From Spirochaetia bacterium (GTDB lineage: Bacteria > Spirochaetota > Spirochaetia > SZUA-6 > Bin103), in assembly GCA_965198005.1 (NCBI GenBank), contig CBDAOI010000002.1, forward strand, positions 192,001-256,000: a stretch of 64,000 nucleotides of DNA. The letters are read 5' to 3'. Each line of letters opens with the position of its first letter. The first letter of the stretch is position 1. A model generated the notes under the pieces. That model made no database searches and was not told the DNA's origin. It was given only the letters and a program-made list of their open reading frames with translations. The position numbers were made by a program, and so were the translations under genes. Positions 41,401 through 52,403 of this stretch are shown here, piece after piece.

Positions 41401-41640
41401 GGGGGGGGGACTCCTCACCATTAAGCAAGCCCGCCGCGAGCTGATTTTCAGCAAATCTCGGCGAGCGGCTGTCAGGGGAACAGAGTGTCATAAGCGTTGA
41501 CGTGTTATAGGTCACTCAAGCCCTCCGCAGGTGAGGCACAGCTATACCCAGACCCAGAGTAGTCGCGATGTCGCGATTGACTGCATCCCACCCTATCATA
41601 ACCTCCGCTCCGGTGGACGCCAACCACGAATCGGCCCAGC
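41401..41640 (-). promoter_or_regulatory. conserved promoter/leader module with G9 tract, copy 1
   Basis: TTGGCG-17-TATGAT; closely similar to 56476-56715. Confidence 0.75.
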
Positions 41641-42494
41641 AATTCTCGGTGAACGGCAGTCGATGGCCTGAAGAGACAGTCTGGAGGGGGCCCCACCATT
41701 TGCCAACCCCCGCCGCGAAAGGATTTCCGGGGAGGGGGGGTAGGCGAGGATAGGACGCGCTGGTTGCGTTGCCCCTAACCGGTGGCAGCGCTGAGTAGTG
41801 TTTTCAGCCATCTTTTGCATCCGTTCAAACCTGAGACTTTCAGTATGCCACCCCTGCGGCAACGAATCAACAGGAAAAACTGGCGAATTGAAGGTTTCTT
41901 GAGATTTCTTTCGGGCAGCCGCGGCAGCCGAGAGCCCCTCGCGGCGCCGACTCGGGCGCATCGCCCCTCCGGAGCCGTCATTCGCCGGCGATGTGGCCGT
42001 CCGCAGGCCGTTCACCGTCCACGTCGGCCTCACAGCGGCCCGCTGAGGGCCTTCCAGCCCCTCGGGGGTAGCCTGGGGGTACCCCCTGCAACACCCGTCA
42101 ACGCCGCTTCCCGGCACCGCTGGCTCCGTATTGACCGCGCCGCCACCGCCCGCAGCCCAGCCTGGTCGGGTCGCAGCCACCTCCAGGACCAGCTACTAGC
42201 GACGGCAGACCTCCTCGAGCGTCAAGCCGCCGCTCCGTCAGTCGCCGCGCGCGGGGGGAATGGGCCGTTGCTGCGGCCGTCGCGGCGCTCCGGAGGTGCA
42301 ACCGCGAGCCGCTCGTCGGTTGAGTTCGAGGCTGCTCGGACAGGAGCGGCAGCACGAGCGCCGCCGCGGCGACGATCTCGGCACTCGGACCCGTTCAGGG
42401 CCGGCATTCACCGCCGATTGGCCGGCAGCGGGCCGCTCGGCGTCCGAGTCGGCCTCATAGCGGCCCCCTGACGGCCTTCCAAACCCAGGGAGGG

Positions 42495-42587
42495 CGCGGT
42501 AGGAACGCCGGTTACCCGGCACGATTCATCCGCTTCCGAATTGGCTTCCGCCCCAGCCCGAAGCGTCCTTTCCTGTCCTTCGCGCAG
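42495..42587 (-). mobile_element. group II intron remnant: RT/X-domain fragment and domain VI
   Basis: CAKDRKGRFGLGRKPIRKRMNR followed by GTGCCGGGTAACCGGCGTTCCTACCGCG. Confidence 0.65.
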
Positions 42588-44361
42588 GCGTGGCGCAGGG
42601 CGGGTGGCGTGATGGCCTTGCCCGCGATCGAAGGTACTGCGCGTGCCGCGGCCTTGGCGTGCAAGGCGAGTCTCTTGGCGAAGCCGCGTCGCGTCAGGCC
42701 GGTTCCGAAGGCGTTCAGGAACAGATGCCGGTCGGGGCTGTCCGGCCGGACACCGAGCCAGGTGCGCAGCGCGCCGCGGGTTTCCTTCCACAGCGGCAGG
42801 ACGCGCCCGCGGCGGCCCTTGCCCAGGATCCGGATGCGGTCGAGTCCCGGTGCCTGGAGGTCGTCCAGGGCCAGGCCGACCAGTTCCGAGATGCGCAGGC
42901 CGGCATTGTAGGCCAGGCACAACATGGCGCGATCCCGCAGGCCGGTGACCGTGTGGGTGGCGGCGGCCCTGCGAGCTCAGTCATCGTGCCCCCTCCCCGC
43001 ATGCAGTCTTTCGGTGGCTGCGGACACTTGATTCGGCACGACCGGGGTTGCCTCGAGGTACCAGTAGGTATCAGTGGCGTTGGCATGGCCGAGAGCCGCA
43101 GGCCCGTGGCTTCCGCGCGGCGCAGGCCGGTCGCCGCGACCAGCCCGATCAGGTAATGGAAGGTCACGGGGGTGATGGAGCCGGCGGGAGGCAGATCCAG
43201 CGCCGCATCCATGACTTGGCAGATCTGCTCCAGCGACAGGAGCCGCGGCGGCGGGCGGTGATACCTCTGGCGACCGAGTGCATCGCGGTGGGGCACCTCG
43301 TGGCGCTCGTCCTCGGCATGCAAGTAGGCTGCCAGCCCGCAGACGAGGTGCAGCCGCTGTTGTTTTTTATGCGGTGACGCAGACTGCGACGCCCAGTCGA
43401 GACAAGTCTCGACGCGCACGCTTCGCTCGCCCCGCGCTTCGGCGTGCCGGGCGAAGCTGGCCAGCAGCCGCTCCTGTTCCCGGAAGGCCAGGCCGGTGGC
43501 GCGCTTGAACGCGGCATAGGTCAGAACGTGGTCGGCCAGCGTCATCGGGGTTCCCCCGGCCAGGGCTGCGCCACAGCGAGCAGCATCGGAGCATCCACGC
43601 GAGCGTAGAGTGCGGTCGTCTTCACCGACTGGTGGCGCAGGAGGGCGCCGACGGCCTCCGGCGCAGCTCCGCTGCGCAGCAGATGGGTGGCTCTCGAGTG
43701 ACGGAACACGTAGGCGGCCGGGAGGCCCTCGCCGTCGATCCCGGCCCGCTGCATGGCCCGGCGCACGATTGCGCTGACCGCGGAGGCGGACAGGCAGCCG
43801 TGCGGAGCACGGAATCGCGGAAGCACCGTCGGGCAGGCGGTGCGCGGTCGCGCTCGCAGGATGTAGTCCTTGAGGGTGTCCCCGGTCTCCTGCGGCAACG
43901 GCAGCGCTGCGCTGCGGCGCGACTTCCCGCTGACCGCGACCAACGCCTGCTCCCAGTCGATGTCGTCGAGCCTCAAGGCGGCAACTTCTCCGGGGCGCAG
44001 AGCGAGCCGTGCCAGCAGCAGCAGCAGCAGGACGGCCCGATCCCGTAATCCGATGGAAGTGGCGGTGTCGCAGCTCGCGATCAGGGCCTCGATGTCTTCC
44101 TGCTCGACATACCGGGGCAACTGCGAGGCGGTCCGACGCGGGATCGAACGCAATCATGTGGCGGGCTGTGGCTGTCGACCGGTGGAAGAGGCCGGGTGAA
44201 CAGCCCTGATCGTTCAAATGCGCTTCGTAGGCCGGAAGGGTAGGACCATGATTCATCTCCTTCGTGGTAAGAAACCACCGGGAGATGACAGCACGTTATG
44301 GGAACCTGCTCAGCCCCTAACCGATTGCCGCGCAACGGCTCATGGCGCCCAGGTTCCCATA
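42588..44361 (-). mobile_element. degenerate RIT element (three coupled tyrosine recombinases, each internally deleted)
   Basis: ritA LPRY...RDRAVLLL...FRHSRATHLL...LLRHQS..TTALY; ritB TGLRRAEA and LGHANATDTYWY; ritC NAGLRISEL...LRH; ATGA overlap; end IR TATGGGAACCTG at 44297/44350. Confidence 0.85.
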
Positions 44362-44362
44362 T

Positions 44363-44416
44363 TATCAGCCGCAGCACCCGCCGATCTCCAATCCGATGCT
44401 CCAGGAATCTGATCAA
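44363..44416 (-). pseudogene. group II intron RT fragment
   Basis: LIRFLEHRIGDRRVLRLI. Confidence 0.65.
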
Positions 44417-44493
44417 CCGTCATATGCCAGTTAGCCTGGCGCTCATACCCCAGGGGGCACCCCCCGGAATCCCGCAAAGTGCCCGTCAAAGCC

Positions 44494-44585
44494 GCCCGCG
44501 CGCTCGTAGCGCCGCATACCGCTCCCGACTCGCCGGATCGTGCTGGATCGCCACCCGCGCCCAGTGATACATCGCGTTGCTCAGC
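44494..44585 (-). pseudogene. IS110 transposase C-terminal sliver
   Basis: LSNAMYHWARVAIQHDPASRERYAALRARG. Confidence 0.6.
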
Positions 44586-44603
44586 CGCGACGCGGAAACG
44601 ACT

Positions 44604-45360
44604 ATGGCGAATCACTACACGCGACAGATTCCAGATCTGTCGGAGGCTCAGCGGCAAGAACTGCAGCGCTGGGTGAGACGGTCCAAGACTGCTCAAGCGC
44701 TGGTCTTGCGGGCGCGGATCGTGCTGGAGACGGCCGCCGGCAAGAGCGACCTGAAGGTAGCCGGCGAACTGGGCACGACCCGCGGTACCGTCGGCAAGTG
44801 GCGGCGGCGTTTTCTGCGCGCCGGCTGCGATGGCTTACTGGACGAGCCGCGACCGGGAGCGCCGCGCACGATTGGGGACGACGATGTGGAGCGGGTGGTG
44901 GTGCAAACCTTGGAGACGATCCCGGCAGGTGCTACGCATTGGAGCACGCGCTCGATGGCCAAGGCGTGTGGGCTGAGCGGTGGAGTTCCGCAGGTTTCTC
45001 GACGACATCGCCAAAGCCGTCCCGGAGGATCTCGACATTCATCTGGTGCTGGACAACTACGGCACTCACAAGACGGCGATGATTCACGATTGGCTGGTTG
45101 GCCAGCCGCGCTTCCACCTGCACTTCACACCCACGAGCGCATCGTGGATCAACCAGGTCGAACGGTGGTTCGCGGCGATCACCGAACGGCAGATCCGGCG
45201 CGGCACGCACCGCAGCACCACGGAGCTGGAACAGGCGATAGAGGAGTACCTGAGGGTCCACAACGAGAACTCAAAGCCGTTCATCTGGACCAAGAGCGCC
45301 GACCATATCCTCGAATCACTCAAGATTTACTGCAAACTGACTTCTGAGACAGGACACTAG
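44604..45360 (+). pseudogene. IS630 transposase with internal deletion near 44980
   Basis: HTH part ...[15 protein letters not shown] joined out of frame to EFRRFL...[10 protein letters not shown]...[10 protein letters not shown]; ends ACACTAG. Confidence 0.88.
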
Positions 45361-45597
45361 CTTCGATAGACCTCGCGCTTCTGTGCCTTGCTGCCGCCGT
45401 ACCACTTTGCCTCCCAGGAGTGTGGCTTGTGCACGTCCTCGAAGGGATAGACGTCGACGACCGGCGTATAGGCACGCGGGTGCTGCGTGACGGCGGGCGC
45501 CAGCCTGCGCCGAGCCCAGCAACAGCGCCTGGATGATGCTGTCTCTTTGCCTCAGTCTTGACAAATTGTCGGTTTAATATGAAATTATTGAATAAGC

Positions 45598-46827
45598 ATG
45601 TGGATAACTCGGATCATGGAGGACCGGCTGCGGCGGTTGGCGGCCGCGTTCCCGGCGCTGATTCTCACCGGCGCGCGACAGACCGGCAAGACCGCGCTCC
45701 TCAAGCGGCTGTTCCCCGATCATCATTACGTCAGCCTGGATTTGCAATTGCTGGCGGAGCAGGCCGAAGAGGCCCCCGCCAGCTTCCTGCAGGATCATCC
45801 AGCTCCGCTGGTGATCGATGAAGTGCAGTATGCACCCGGACTGTTTCGGCACTTGAAGGTGGCCGTCGACGGCGCGCGCTCCCGCAGGGGCCAGTTCATC
45901 CTCACCGGGTCGCAGAAGTTTCCCTTGATGCGCGGGGTGAGCGACAGTCTGGCGGGGCGCTGCGCCGTGGTGGAACTGCCCGGGTTGTGCGTGGACGAGA
46001 TGCGCCATGCGGGCTGGCGCCAGGAGCCGGCTGCCACCGGCGAGATGCTGGTCCGGGGCAGTTTTCCGGAACTGTGGGCGGACCGGACCGTTCCGGCGCG
46101 CGAGTTCTACCATAGCTACGTAAGCACCTATCTGGAACGTGACCTGCGCCAGATCGTGAATGTGGGCAGTCTGCGCGATTTCGAGCGCTTTCTGCGGGCA
46201 TGCGCGGTTCGCGCCGGACAACTCCTCAACAAGTCAGGCATTGCGCGCGACGTCGGCATTTCCCAGACTACCGTGGGTCAGTGGCTGTCGGCCCTCGAGG
46301 CGGGCAACCAGGTGACGCTCCTGGAGCCGTTTTTCGCCAATGTCGGCAAGCGGCTGGTGAAGTCGCCAAAGCTCTACTTCAACGACACCGGACTGCTTTG
46401 TTTCCTGTTGGGCATTGGCGCCGATGATCTGGGCAGGTCGCCCCTCACCGGTCCGATCTGGGAGAACTTCGTGTGCGCCGAATTGCGGACCCGGCTCCAA
46501 CTCACGCGCCCCGATTGGTCGCTGTGGTTTTATCGAGACCAGCAGAACCGTGAGGCCGACTTCCTCATTCAAGGGCCGTATGAGCGGATTCGGCTGCTCG
46601 ACGCCAAGTGGGCAGAGACGGCGCGCAGCGGTGCGTTCGCGGCGCTGGATGCCGTCGCGGCCGTGTTGCGCAACGCATCCGGCATCGTCCACGTGGAGGT
46701 CGGCCTGGTAGGGCGTATGGCGGCGACACGACGGCTGGGCGCCAGCCGCACCGCCGTGTCCGGTTTCCGGGTCGCCGATTTTCTGCCTGCGGCGGGGCTG
46801 CCAACTGCCCGGGCCGCCTGGAAGTAG
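45598..46827 (+). CDS. AAA_14 + DUF4143 ATP-binding protein
   Basis: GARQTGKT, IDEVQ, ILTGS, KSPKLYFNDTGL, EADF. Confidence 0.9.
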   Translation: MWITRIMEDRLRRLAAAFPALILTGARQTGKTALLKRLFPDHHYVSLDLQLLAEQAEEAPASFLQDHPAPLVIDEVQYAPGLFRHLKVAVDGARSRRGQFILTGSQKFPLMRGVSDSLAGRCAVVELPGLCVDEMRHAGWRQEPAATGEMLVRGSFPELWADRTVPAREFYHSYVSTYLERDLRQIVNVGSLRDFERFLRACAVRAGQLLNKSGIARDVGISQTTVGQWLSALEAGNQVTLLEPFFANVGKRLVKSPKLYFNDTGLLCFLLGIGADDLGRSPLTGPIWENFVCAELRTRLQLTRPDWSLWFYRDQQNREADFLIQGPYERIRLLDAKWAETARSGAFAALDAVAAVLRNASGIVHVEVGLVGRMAATRRLGASRTAVSGFRVADFLPAAGLPTARAAWK

Positions 46828-46922
46828 TCGTTCTCCGGCTCGACATCGCCAAGGCGGTGTTCGACATCACGACCACCCGGGCGCCCCTCTACCGCCGTCG
46901 AATCGCGCGAGCCCGGTGCCGC

Positions 46923-47109
46923 TCACTTCTTCGGCGCTCCGTAGCGACCGCTACCGCCGCGCAGCCGCGGGGCGAGCAGGTCCCTCAGTGCGTCGCCGAA
47001 CATGTTGATGCCATACACGACGATCGTCAGGCACACACCCGGCCAGAGCGCCAGGCGCGGCGCGATGCTCATGTACTGGCGTCCCTCGCGGCTGAGCATG
47101 CCGCCCCAG
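46923..47109 (-). pseudogene. DppC-like permease 3' fragment cut by IS1634
   Basis: WGGMLSREGRQYMSIAPRLALWPG...GDALRDLLAPRLRGG. Confidence 0.85.
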
Positions 47110-49190
47110 CTAGCGTAAGTTGAGCACTTTCGAGGACGATGTAGCGAGATTTGCCGGTCGCACAGATGAACGGAGGCCTCTGAGGGCGAGAGATTCCTAT
47201 CGGAGGACGAGTTTTTCGCCATGTAGTGATAAACCGCATGGTAGGCAGTTTTTGGTGCAGAAATATCTTGACCGCTCTCGCCCCCGTTGCTATCTTGTGC
47301 GTGCGTGTTCATCGGTCAGCTCAAAGTCACCCGCAACGGCCGCTCCTACACCTACCACCGCCTCCTGCAGTCGGTACGCACCGATAACGGCCCCCGGCAG
47401 CGACTCATCCTGAGCCTCGGCACCCTCACGCTCCCCAAGTCCGAGTGGCCGCGCTTGGCCGAACGCATCCACGACCTTCTCAATCACCAGGAAGTCATTC
47501 CGTTCGGCGCCTCTGATCTGGACCAGTTGGCCGCGCCCTTCGCCGAACGCATCCGCCACAAACTACAGCGCCAACAGGCGCAGCAGGGCGATCCCGGGCC
47601 GGCCAAGGAAGTCTATCCCAAGCGCAGCAGCAGTGAGCACCTGCGCGAGCTTGGCCCCGAATACGTTGCTCAGGTGTTCTGGGAGCAACTCCACTGCGAT
47701 CGGATGCTGCAGCGCCAGGGCTTTTCGGAACGGCAGTGCCGGCTGGCCGAGATCCAGGTGGTCGGCCGCTTGGTGGCGCCGCGCAGTGAGCGCGGCACCG
47801 TCGGCTGGTTCGCCCGCACGGCGCTCGCTGAGCTGATGCCCGGCAGCATGCACACCGTCAACAAAGACCGGCTGTACCGCATCTCGGACAAGCTCTACGA
47901 GCACCGAGTTGCCATCGAGGCGGAGTTGGCAGCGCGCGAGCGGGGGCTGTTCACGCTGCAAGAAACCATCATCCTGTACGACTTGAGTTCCACTTACTTC
48001 GAAGGCCTCGCGGCCAACAACGAGAAGGCGGCGCGGGGGTACTCGCGGGATCATCGACCGGACTGCAAGCAGGTAGTGGTCGGTCTGGTGCTGGATGGCG
48101 AGGGCTTTCCCAAGGCGCACGAGGTGTTCAAGGGCAACACCAAAGACGAGACCACCATGGCGCAGATGCTCGACAGCCTGGACCGCCGGATCAGTGTTCC
48201 GAGCGGGGGCGGGGCGACGGTGGTAATGAACCGTGGCTTGGCGACGGACGAGAACTTGGCAGTGCTGCGCAAGCGCGGTCAGCACTATATCGTGACCACT
48301 GAACAGAGCCAGCGGCGTGAGCTGTTTCCCGAGATTGACAGTTCCGGATACGTGCCGGTGAAAGTGAACAGGAAGGGGAAAATCGTCGTCTCAGGCCAAC
48401 TGCGGCGGCATCAGGGTGAGCTGTACGTGTTGTGTTACAGTGAGGCGCGGGCGGCCAAGGATCGTGCGATACGGGAACGGTTCGCACACCTGTTCGAACA
48501 GGATGCCAAGAAACTGAGAGCGCGGGTGGCGGCCGGCAGGTTGAAGAAACCGGAGAAGATCGACCAGGCGATCGGGCGCCTGCTGGGGCGCTATCCGCGC
48601 CTGGCGCGCTACTACACGGTGCAACTGCACACGGCTGAGGGCCAAGCGGAAGTCCGCTGGGGCCGGAAGGAGGAAGCGCAGGTGGTAGCCGAGGAACTCG
48701 ATGGGACCTACCTGCTGCGCACCGATCGCACTGACTTGGCGGAAGCCGAGGTCTGGAAGCTGTACGTACTGCTGGCGCGCATCGAACGGTCGTTTCGCTA
48801 CCTGAAGAGCACCTTGGGGCTGCGCCCGGTGTTCCATCAGCGTAGCGCACGGGTGGACGCGCACATTTTCATCTCGTTGCTGGCCTACCACCTGCTGCAT
48901 GCCATCGAACGGCGTCTGCAGGAGAGTGGCGACCACCGCTCGTGGCCGACGATCCGGGACCTGCTGACGACCCATCAGATGGTGACCATCGTCCACCAGT
49001 GCACCGATGGCACGGTGTTTCGATTGCGGTGTCCGTCGCAGCCGGAGTTGGCGGCGCGCGAGATCTACCGGGCGCTACGGATACCGGCGACCCCGCCGAC
49101 CCGAGGGAGGAGTCGATTGTAGTGACAAACAAAAATCGTAAATTACGGTACAGCAACAACTTGCGTCTGAGAATGCTCAACTTACGCTAG
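47110..49190 (+). mobile_element. IS1634-family element, full length, 17-bp TIRs, no target duplication seen
   Basis: CTAGCGTAAGTTGAGCA ... TGCTCAACTTACGCTAG. Confidence 0.92.
47305..49122 (+). CDS. IS1634 transposase (second catalytic D reads N)
   Basis: LYDLSSTYFEG, VMNRG, IERSFRYLKS.LGLRPVFHQ. Confidence 0.9.
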   Translation: MFIGQLKVTRNGRSYTYHRLLQSVRTDNGPRQRLILSLGTLTLPKSEWPRLAERIHDLLNHQEVIPFGASDLDQLAAPFAERIRHKLQRQQAQQGDPGPAKEVYPKRSSSEHLRELGPEYVAQVFWEQLHCDRMLQRQGFSERQCRLAEIQVVGRLVAPRSERGTVGWFARTALAELMPGSMHTVNKDRLYRISDKLYEHRVAIEAELAARERGLFTLQETIILYDLSSTYFEGLAANNEKAARGYSRDHRPDCKQVVVGLVLDGEGFPKAHEVFKGNTKDETTMAQMLDSLDRRISVPSGGGATVVMNRGLATDENLAVLRKRGQHYIVTTEQSQRRELFPEIDSSGYVPVKVNRKGKIVVSGQLRRHQGELYVLCYSEARAAKDRAIRERFAHLFEQDAKKLRARVAAGRLKKPEKIDQAIGRLLGRYPRLARYYTVQLHTAEGQAEVRWGRKEEAQVVAEELDGTYLLRTDRTDLAEAEVWKLYVLLARIERSFRYLKSTLGLRPVFHQRSARVDAHIFISLLAYHLLHAIERRLQESGDHRSWPTIRDLLTTHQMVTIVHQCTDGTVFRLRCPSQPELAAREIYRALRIPATPPTRGRSRL

Positions 49191-49344
49191 GCGCGTGTCG
49201 GCTTCGCCGACGAGGTCCGAGCGGATCGGCGGAATGGGCCAAAAGCGGCGCCTCGGGCGTCGGTTTTGGGGCGCTAACCGCTTAATGAACCCTGAGCGGT
49301 CAGGTGGTGTGGTAAGGAGCGCGCGCGGGGGGTAGGATGAGCCG

Positions 49345-50499
49345 ATGGCACGTAAGCGGCGGCTGCCCCTCGGCATCCGGACCTTTCGCGAGATCCGGGA
49401 AGAGGACTACTACTACGTGGACAAGACCGCCTATATCTGGCGGCTGCACGAAGCGGGTAAGCACTACTTCCTGTCACGGCCGCGGCGGTTCGGCAAGAGC
49501 CTGCTGGTAGACACCCTGAAGGAGCTGTTCGCGGGCAGCGAGGAGTTGTTTCAGGGGCTGTACATCCATGACCGCTGGGAGTGGTCGGTGCGCCATCCGG
49601 TGGTGCGGCTGGACTTCGCCGGTGGCAGCTTTGCAGAGCCCGGCGCGCTACACCAGGAGGTCATGGCGCTGTTGGACGGCATCGAGCGGGAGCTGGGCGT
49701 GACCGGCCGCTACGACACCGCGCCGGCGCGCTTCCGTCACCTGCTGGCCGCCCTGCACCGGGAGAGTGGGCAGCGGGTGGCGGTGCTGGTGGACGAGTAC
49801 GACAAGCCGATCCTGGACGTGCTGGAGGAGCCGGAAGTGGCGCGCGCCAACCGCGGCTTCCTGCGCGGCCTGTACGGGGTGATCAAGTCCAGCGACGCGC
49901 ACGTGCGGTTCACCTTCGTGACCGGGGTGAGCAAGTTTCCCAAGGTGAGCTTGTTCTCGGACCTGAACAACCTCACCGACATCACCCTCGATGCGCCCTT
50001 TTCGTCGATTTGCGGGTACACGGACGAGGACCTGGATACGGTGTTCGCGGTTGAGTTGCCCGGTCTGGATCGCGAACAGATTCGCCACTGGTACAACGGC
50101 TATAGCTGGCTGGGCACGGAGAAGATGTACAACCCGTACGACGTGCTGCAGCTGTTTCGCAGCCGCAAGTTCGCCGCGTACTGGTTCGAGACCGGCACCC
50201 CGCGCTTCCTGGTGGAGACCCTGTACCGGCGCCGGGTCAGCTCGGTGACCCTGGGCGAGATGGTGAGCACCGCCGAGCTGCTGGGGGCGTTCGACGTCGG
50301 CGGCCGCACCGCCGCAGAGCACATCGGCACCGAGGCGCTGCTGTTCCAGACCGGCTACCTGACCATCGAGGGCGAGGAGGACCTGGGCGGCAACGTCCTG
50401 TATCGGCTGGGCTACCCCAACCGCGAGGTGCGCCAGAGCCTGAACAACCAGCTCCTGGGCCAGTTGGTGCAGGACACCACCGGCCAGACCATCGGGTAG
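49345..50499 (+). pseudogene. AAA-ATPase-like protein truncated before its usual PD-(D/E)XK nuclease domain
   Basis: YYYVDKT, SRPRRFGKSL, LVDEYDKP, YWFETGTP; ends at junction with permease fragment. Confidence 0.85.
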
Positions 50500-51011
50500 T
50501 CTCTGTTATTGAGGGCAATCAGCAAGAGACGACCGAGCCCCGGCAGGTTGAATATGTTCTCCATGATCACGGCACCGCCGACCAGAATCGGCAACTGCAG
50601 GCCGACCAGGGACACCACCGGGATGAGGGCATTCTTGAGGGCGTGTCGGATCACCACGGCCCGTTCCTTGAGGCCCTCGGCGGCGTCCAGCCCCACCAGA
50701 TGGCCGGGTAGATCATGACCATGATGCCGAGCCAGAAGTTTGGCGTGGCCAGGCCGATGACGGCGACCGAGCGCCCCAGGTAGTCGGCGGCGCTATCCTG
50801 GCGAATCGCCGAGTAGACGCCGACCGGCAGCGCGATCACCAGCCCGATGACGATTGCCATGACGCCGAGCTGGATGGTTACCGGCAGTCTACCCAGTATC
50901 TGCTCCTCCACCGCCCCACGGCCAAGCAGTGATTGGCCGTGGCTGCCGTGCAGGAAAATGTCTCCCAACCAGCGTCCATACTGCACCCAGACCGGCACGT
51001 CCAATCCGAGC
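50484..51011 (-). pseudogene. DppB-like permease remnant (both ends lost, internal deletion near 50680)
   Basis: LGLDVPVWVQYGRW...IYPAIWWGW and GLKERAVVIRHALKNALIP...RDYPMV. Confidence 0.85.
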
Positions 51012-51107
51012 CGACGCCCGAACGGTCGCACCACGGCGATGTCCGGTTCCGACTCGTCCGTGAAGCATCGGCGACCGCGCGCAGTTATCGGTAGTACGGC
51101 AACGCCG

Positions 51108-52115
51108 ATGCTGTACGACGAGAACTACAAACGCCTGTTCGGCTCCAAGCTCATGGTCGAGCACCTGCTGCGCGCCTGCCTCCCCGCTGATCTGCTGGCC
51201 GCGGCCGACTTCTCCGAATTGAGCGAGCTTGCCACCGAGTACGTCAGCGACGAGCTGCTCAAGCGCCACGGCGACACCGTCTGGCGCCTGCGGCTGGGCC
51301 AGCGCTGGGTGTATCTGCTGGTGCTGCTGGAGTTCCAGTCCGAGGACGACCGCTGGATGGCGCTCCGCATCCATACCTACACCGGCCTGCTGTACCAGGA
51401 ACTGGTGCGCAACGAGGCGCCGGAGGTGGCCGCCGGGCGACTGCCGCCGGTGCTGCCGATCGTGCTCTACAACGGGCCCAGGCTGTGGCTCTCGACGCAG
51501 GAGATGGGTGAGTTGATCGCGCCGGCGGGTGCGTGGCTGGCCCGGTTTCAGCCGTCCCAGCGCTACTACCTGCTTGACCTGCGGCGCCTGGTGCGGGACG
51601 ATCTACCGCGCCGCAACCTGCTGCGGGCGGTGGCCGGGCTGGAGCAGAGCCAGTCGCTGGCGGACCTGCTGCGGGTGTGGGAGGCGCTGCAGCCGTGGTT
51701 GCGGGAGCCGCGGGCGGCGGAGTTGCAACGCGCGTTCGTGGATTGGATACGGCAGATGGCGGAGCGGCTGGCGCCGGCGGGCATGGCGCTGCCGCCGGTG
51801 CGGACGCTGGAGGAGGTCAGGATGACGTTGGTGGAACGGGTAGCCGAGTGGCCCAAGCAGTGGCTCCGCGAGGGCCGCGAGCAGGGTCTTGCGGAAGGCC
51901 GAGAACAGGGTCGCGAGCAGGGTCTGGACCAGCAACGGGCGCTCTTGTGCCGGCAGGCGGCGGCGCGCTTCGGGGCCGACACCGCCGCCCGCTTGGCCGC
52001 CGTGTTGGCGCCGATCGCCGACCCGGAACGGATGGGCGAGATCGGTGACTGGCTGGTGCGCTGCGACACCGCCGCAGAGTTCCTCGCCTGCCTCGATCCC
52101 GCCTCGCCATCCTGA
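51108..52115 (+). CDS. Rpn family (YhgA-like) PD-(D/E)XK nuclease
   Basis: DENYKRLF, HGDTVWRL, LLEFQS, LPPVLPIVLYNG, C-terminal EGREQG repeats. Confidence 0.9.
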   Translation: MLYDENYKRLFGSKLMVEHLLRACLPADLLAAADFSELSELATEYVSDELLKRHGDTVWRLRLGQRWVYLLVLLEFQSEDDRWMALRIHTYTGLLYQELVRNEAPEVAAGRLPPVLPIVLYNGPRLWLSTQEMGELIAPAGAWLARFQPSQRYYLLDLRRLVRDDLPRRNLLRAVAGLEQSQSLADLLRVWEALQPWLREPRAAELQRAFVDWIRQMAERLAPAGMALPPVRTLEEVRMTLVERVAEWPKQWLREGREQGLAEGREQGREQGLDQQRALLCRQAAARFGADTAARLAAVLAPIADPERMGEIGDWLVRCDTAAEFLACLDPASPS

Positions 52116-52215
52116 CGTGCGGAGTGGCTGATCCAAGTCACCGTGGGATGGGCTGGGCGGTGATCAACTCTTCCTGGTACGCTTGCGGCCGGTCTCATGC
52201 ACGGGCTCGGCCATC

Positions 52216-52359
52216 AGAAACCCGCCCGCGACGTTGGTCAGCACGTCCACGGCGCCGAGCCGGGCGACGCCCCTGCGCGGACTGGGCGGGCGCATAGCGA
52301 AGGTCGAGGCGGCACGCCCGTGAATACGCAGGCTGCCGCAACGCGAGCGATGGGTTTCT
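52216..52359. repeat. imperfect inverted-repeat (MITE/REP-like) element between convergent genes
   Basis: AGAAACCC...CGTTG and CAACG...GGGTTTCT arms. Confidence 0.3.
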
Positions 52360-52403
52360 TGTTCAGCTCTCGGACGTTCGTTGTGTGTAGCAACCGCCGC
52401 CGC

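Noticed and set aside
41641-42490. Coding sequence in the GC-rich spacer
   Set aside because: No ORF with a recognisable motif or consistent codon bias.
46828-46920. IS110 N-terminal sliver (LDIAKAVFD)
   Set aside because: Too short to call with confidence.
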